In this document: piece by piece, positions 32,112 to 33,770 of the stretch | Layout of the letters: the number at the start of each line of letters is the position of its first letter | Position numbering within the stretch: position 1 is the first letter of the stretch | Source of the DNA: an uncultured Fibrobacteraceae bacterium | GTDB lineage: Bacteria; Fibrobacterota; Fibrobacteria; Fibrobacterales; Fibrobacteraceae | Assembly: GCA_964540355.1 (NCBI GenBank) | Contig: CAZIMU010000002.1 | Coordinates: 1-33,770, forward strand | Reading direction: 5' to 3' | Length of the DNA stretch: 33,770 nucleotides | Translations under genes and position numbers: made by a program | The notes under the pieces: model-generated | Told to the model about the DNA's origin: nothing | Seen by the model: only the letters and a program-made list of their open reading frames with translations | The model's database searches: none

Positions 32112-33006
32112 AAAGTGGTTAGTTGGAATAATCGGGACACTTATAATTTCCTGTGGAGAAAGCTCTGTTTCTGTTAGCTATATTTTGCCTGCTCCCATAA
32201 AAGCAGAGGTTTTTTCCCAAAGCAACTACGCAACTATGGACGGCGAATACGAGCAAGTTGGCACCCTAACCTCAACACGCTTCACAAACGAATACAGCCA
32301 AAACAGTGATATGCTTTACTTGGAGAGAACCTTCATTTCCGATGCTTCCAAAGGCTATCTCAAAAAATCTTACCCTAGCGAACTTGCTCTTAGAATTCCA
32401 AAAATGAAACTCACCGCCAAAGGAATGAAGGTTATGGATATAGAAGGCTATGAAAATTTTGATTCTCTTGTGGTTGCAAAAATATCCATTCCAGACAGAT
32501 GGCGAAAACAGATAAGCCGAATGACTCGCCAAATAGATTTAGACCGCATAGAGAGAAGGCATTGGGAAATAACTCATTTGCTTTTGGGAGAGGTTCCTCT
32601 TAAATCCAACATAACAAGTATGCTCGCATCTCAAGGTCGTTTGCCATCTATGCCAAATGCTCAAATAGATTCCGTGATAACAAAAGGCATAAAAAAAATC
32701 TATGAGCGAAAATGCTTGGAATACACCGTATATTTGCAAGAAAAAGAACCATTTCCATACTTTATATGGGAGCAGCACACATCAAGCGTAAAAAGCGGAA
32801 TGGCTTTCAAAAGCTATCATCCAAAAGAGGCTGTTTATCAAAATCGCTATGAGGTTGCTTTAGACATAGAGAACGGAACTCCCTGTTTGGAAAGAGAATT
32901 CAAATTTGGCACTCACGGAATGAAAAACCCCGAAACTGGAGATTCTGTGACGTTTAAAAGCCAAATTTCGCACGAAAGGCTTTATACATTATTAAACGCT
33001 GATTAA
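32101..33006 (+). CDS. Lipoprotein, function unknown
   Basis: GTG start. MASKKWLVGIIGTLIISCGESS contains a lipobox. Confidence 0.65.
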   Translation: MASKKWLVGIIGTLIISCGESSVSVSYILPAPIKAEVFSQSNYATMDGEYEQVGTLTSTRFTNEYSQNSDMLYLERTFISDASKGYLKKSYPSELALRIPKMKLTAKGMKVMDIEGYENFDSLVVAKISIPDRWRKQISRMTRQIDLDRIERRHWEITHLLLGEVPLKSNITSMLASQGRLPSMPNAQIDSVITKGIKKIYERKCLEYTVYLQEKEPFPYFIWEQHTSSVKSGMAFKSYHPKEAVYQNRYEVALDIENGTPCLEREFKFGTHGMKNPETGDSVTFKSQISHERLYTLLNAD

Positions 33007-33013
33007 CTCTGAA

Positions 33014-33024
33014 TTTTCTATATT
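33014..33024 (+). promoter_or_regulatory. Exact TTTTCTATATT motif, 7 nt upstream of ATG 33032
   Basis: Exact 11-mer with no SD. Confidence 0.45.
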
Positions 33025-33031
33025 TACCCTA

Positions 33032-33770
33032 ATGAAAAAAATATCCTTACTCCTGTTAGCTCTAGCTTGCATTGCAAGTGCGCAGGGTGTTATTTCTTTT
33101 AATACGGTTTATTTGGATTCAGCAGGTAACTTTTCTTTCACTTATCCGGTTGCCTTGCCTAACCCAGCGGCTTTAAAAGAATTGCAAAAAAACTTTATCA
33201 AGCAAAAATTTGGCGAGAAATTTTTGGAACAACAGGAACCAGCTCCAGCTCCAGCTCCAGCACCTGTGCCTAGCCCGCCAGCAAAGGCATCTCACACGGC
33301 AAAAGGCAGCAAGGCATCGCCTGTAGTTGTGCCCAGTTGTCCAGAACCAGTGCCTAACTATCAAGAACCAGTAACTATTCTTGGTAATTACAAAAGCCAA
33401 TATAAAGAAGTAGAAACTTTGTCTGATGTGGTGTCTTTCCCATTGCCGGGCATTGTGCAATACACAACTGCTGCTTATATTTATTACGTTGATGCAGCTC
33501 ATGGGCAGAACAAATTTAGCATGGGTGTTTATTCTCTTGCAAATGGAAAAGAGATAGAGATTGGCTCTTTATTCAACAAAGATTGGGAAAAAAACGTGGT
33601 AAAGCTGATAATAAGAGAATTTTTGCTTTCGCTAAATTTGCAATCTCTGACGGATTACGGTTATACAAAAAAAGAAAGCGATTTTGTGCCAGAACATATT
33701 AGGATAACTTCTACTGGAATGGAATTTGTGTATCCTGCTTACAAAATTGCGCCGCATAGCGTTGGCGAGC
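33032..33770 (+). CDS. Secreted protein with a DUF3298/RsiV-like C-terminal region, 3'-truncated by window edge
   Basis: Hand translation gives MKKISLLLLALACIASAQG..., a PAPAPAPAPVPSPP linker, and ...GMEFVYPAYKIAPHSVGE, which resembles the DUF3298 pattern. There is no stop in the window, so it is absent from the ORF track. Confidence 0.65.
   Translation, partial: MKKISLLLLALACIASAQGVISFNTVYLDSAGNFSFTYPVALPNPAALKELQKNFIKQKFGEKFLEQQEPAPAPAPAPVPSPPAKASHTAKGSKASPVVVPSCPEPVPNYQEPVTILGNYKSQYKEVETLSDVVSFPLPGIVQYTTAAYIYYVDAAHGQNKFSMGVYSLANGKEIEIGSLFNKDWEKNVVKLIIREFLLSLNLQSLTDYGYTKKESDFVPEHIRITSTGMEFVYPAYKIAPHSVGE

Noticed and set aside
33238-33262. CCAGCT hexanucleotide repeat (PAPAPAPAP) as a phase-variation tract, and antisense ORF 33173-33502
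   Set aside because: The repeat unit is a multiple of three, so slippage would only change linker length. The antisense ORF is a shadow of the DUF3298-like gene.

Overview
This is an AT-rich bacterial chromosomal window. Housekeeping genes occupy both ends: a GT2 glycosyltransferase, a DapA-family aldolase, hisS, queF, a metX-metW fusion, uppP and pyrE on the left; pheA, ribBA and several lipoproteins on the right. Between about 11.7 and 29.3 kb lies an accessory island of roughly 17.5 kb with a near-mirror layout. At its centre, a tyrosine-recombinase gene sits between two divergent, paralogous four-gene minor-(pseudo)pilin operons (FimT/GspH-like, PilV/GspI-like, PilW/GspJ-like, then a 1492 or 1725 aa protein with a PilX/GspK-like N-terminus). 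The giant proteins share a conserved core but have different cysteine-bracketed C-terminal repeat modules, which suggests alternative pilus-tip adhesins. The recombinase gene and the promoter, SD, ATG and first 15 codons of the right-hand operon are bracketed by an inverted 15-bp identity inside 7-5-7 core-like sites, in the same reading frame in both FimT-like genes. I therefore propose an inversion switch that selects which operon is expressed; this is inference only. The island is capped on both sides by inverted cassettes with the same ~160-bp leader and the same 36-nt 3' hairpin repeat. The cassettes carry unrelated genes: an Rpn/PD-(D/E)XK putative transposase on one side and a Y1/RAYT transposase with in-frame REP-like hairpins on the other. 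An 11-mer, TTTTCTATATT, recurs 6-9 nt upstream of many ATGs. No tRNA, rRNA or CRISPR was seen. The taxon cannot be established from the sequence; it resembles Fibrobacter-type genomes, but that is a guess.
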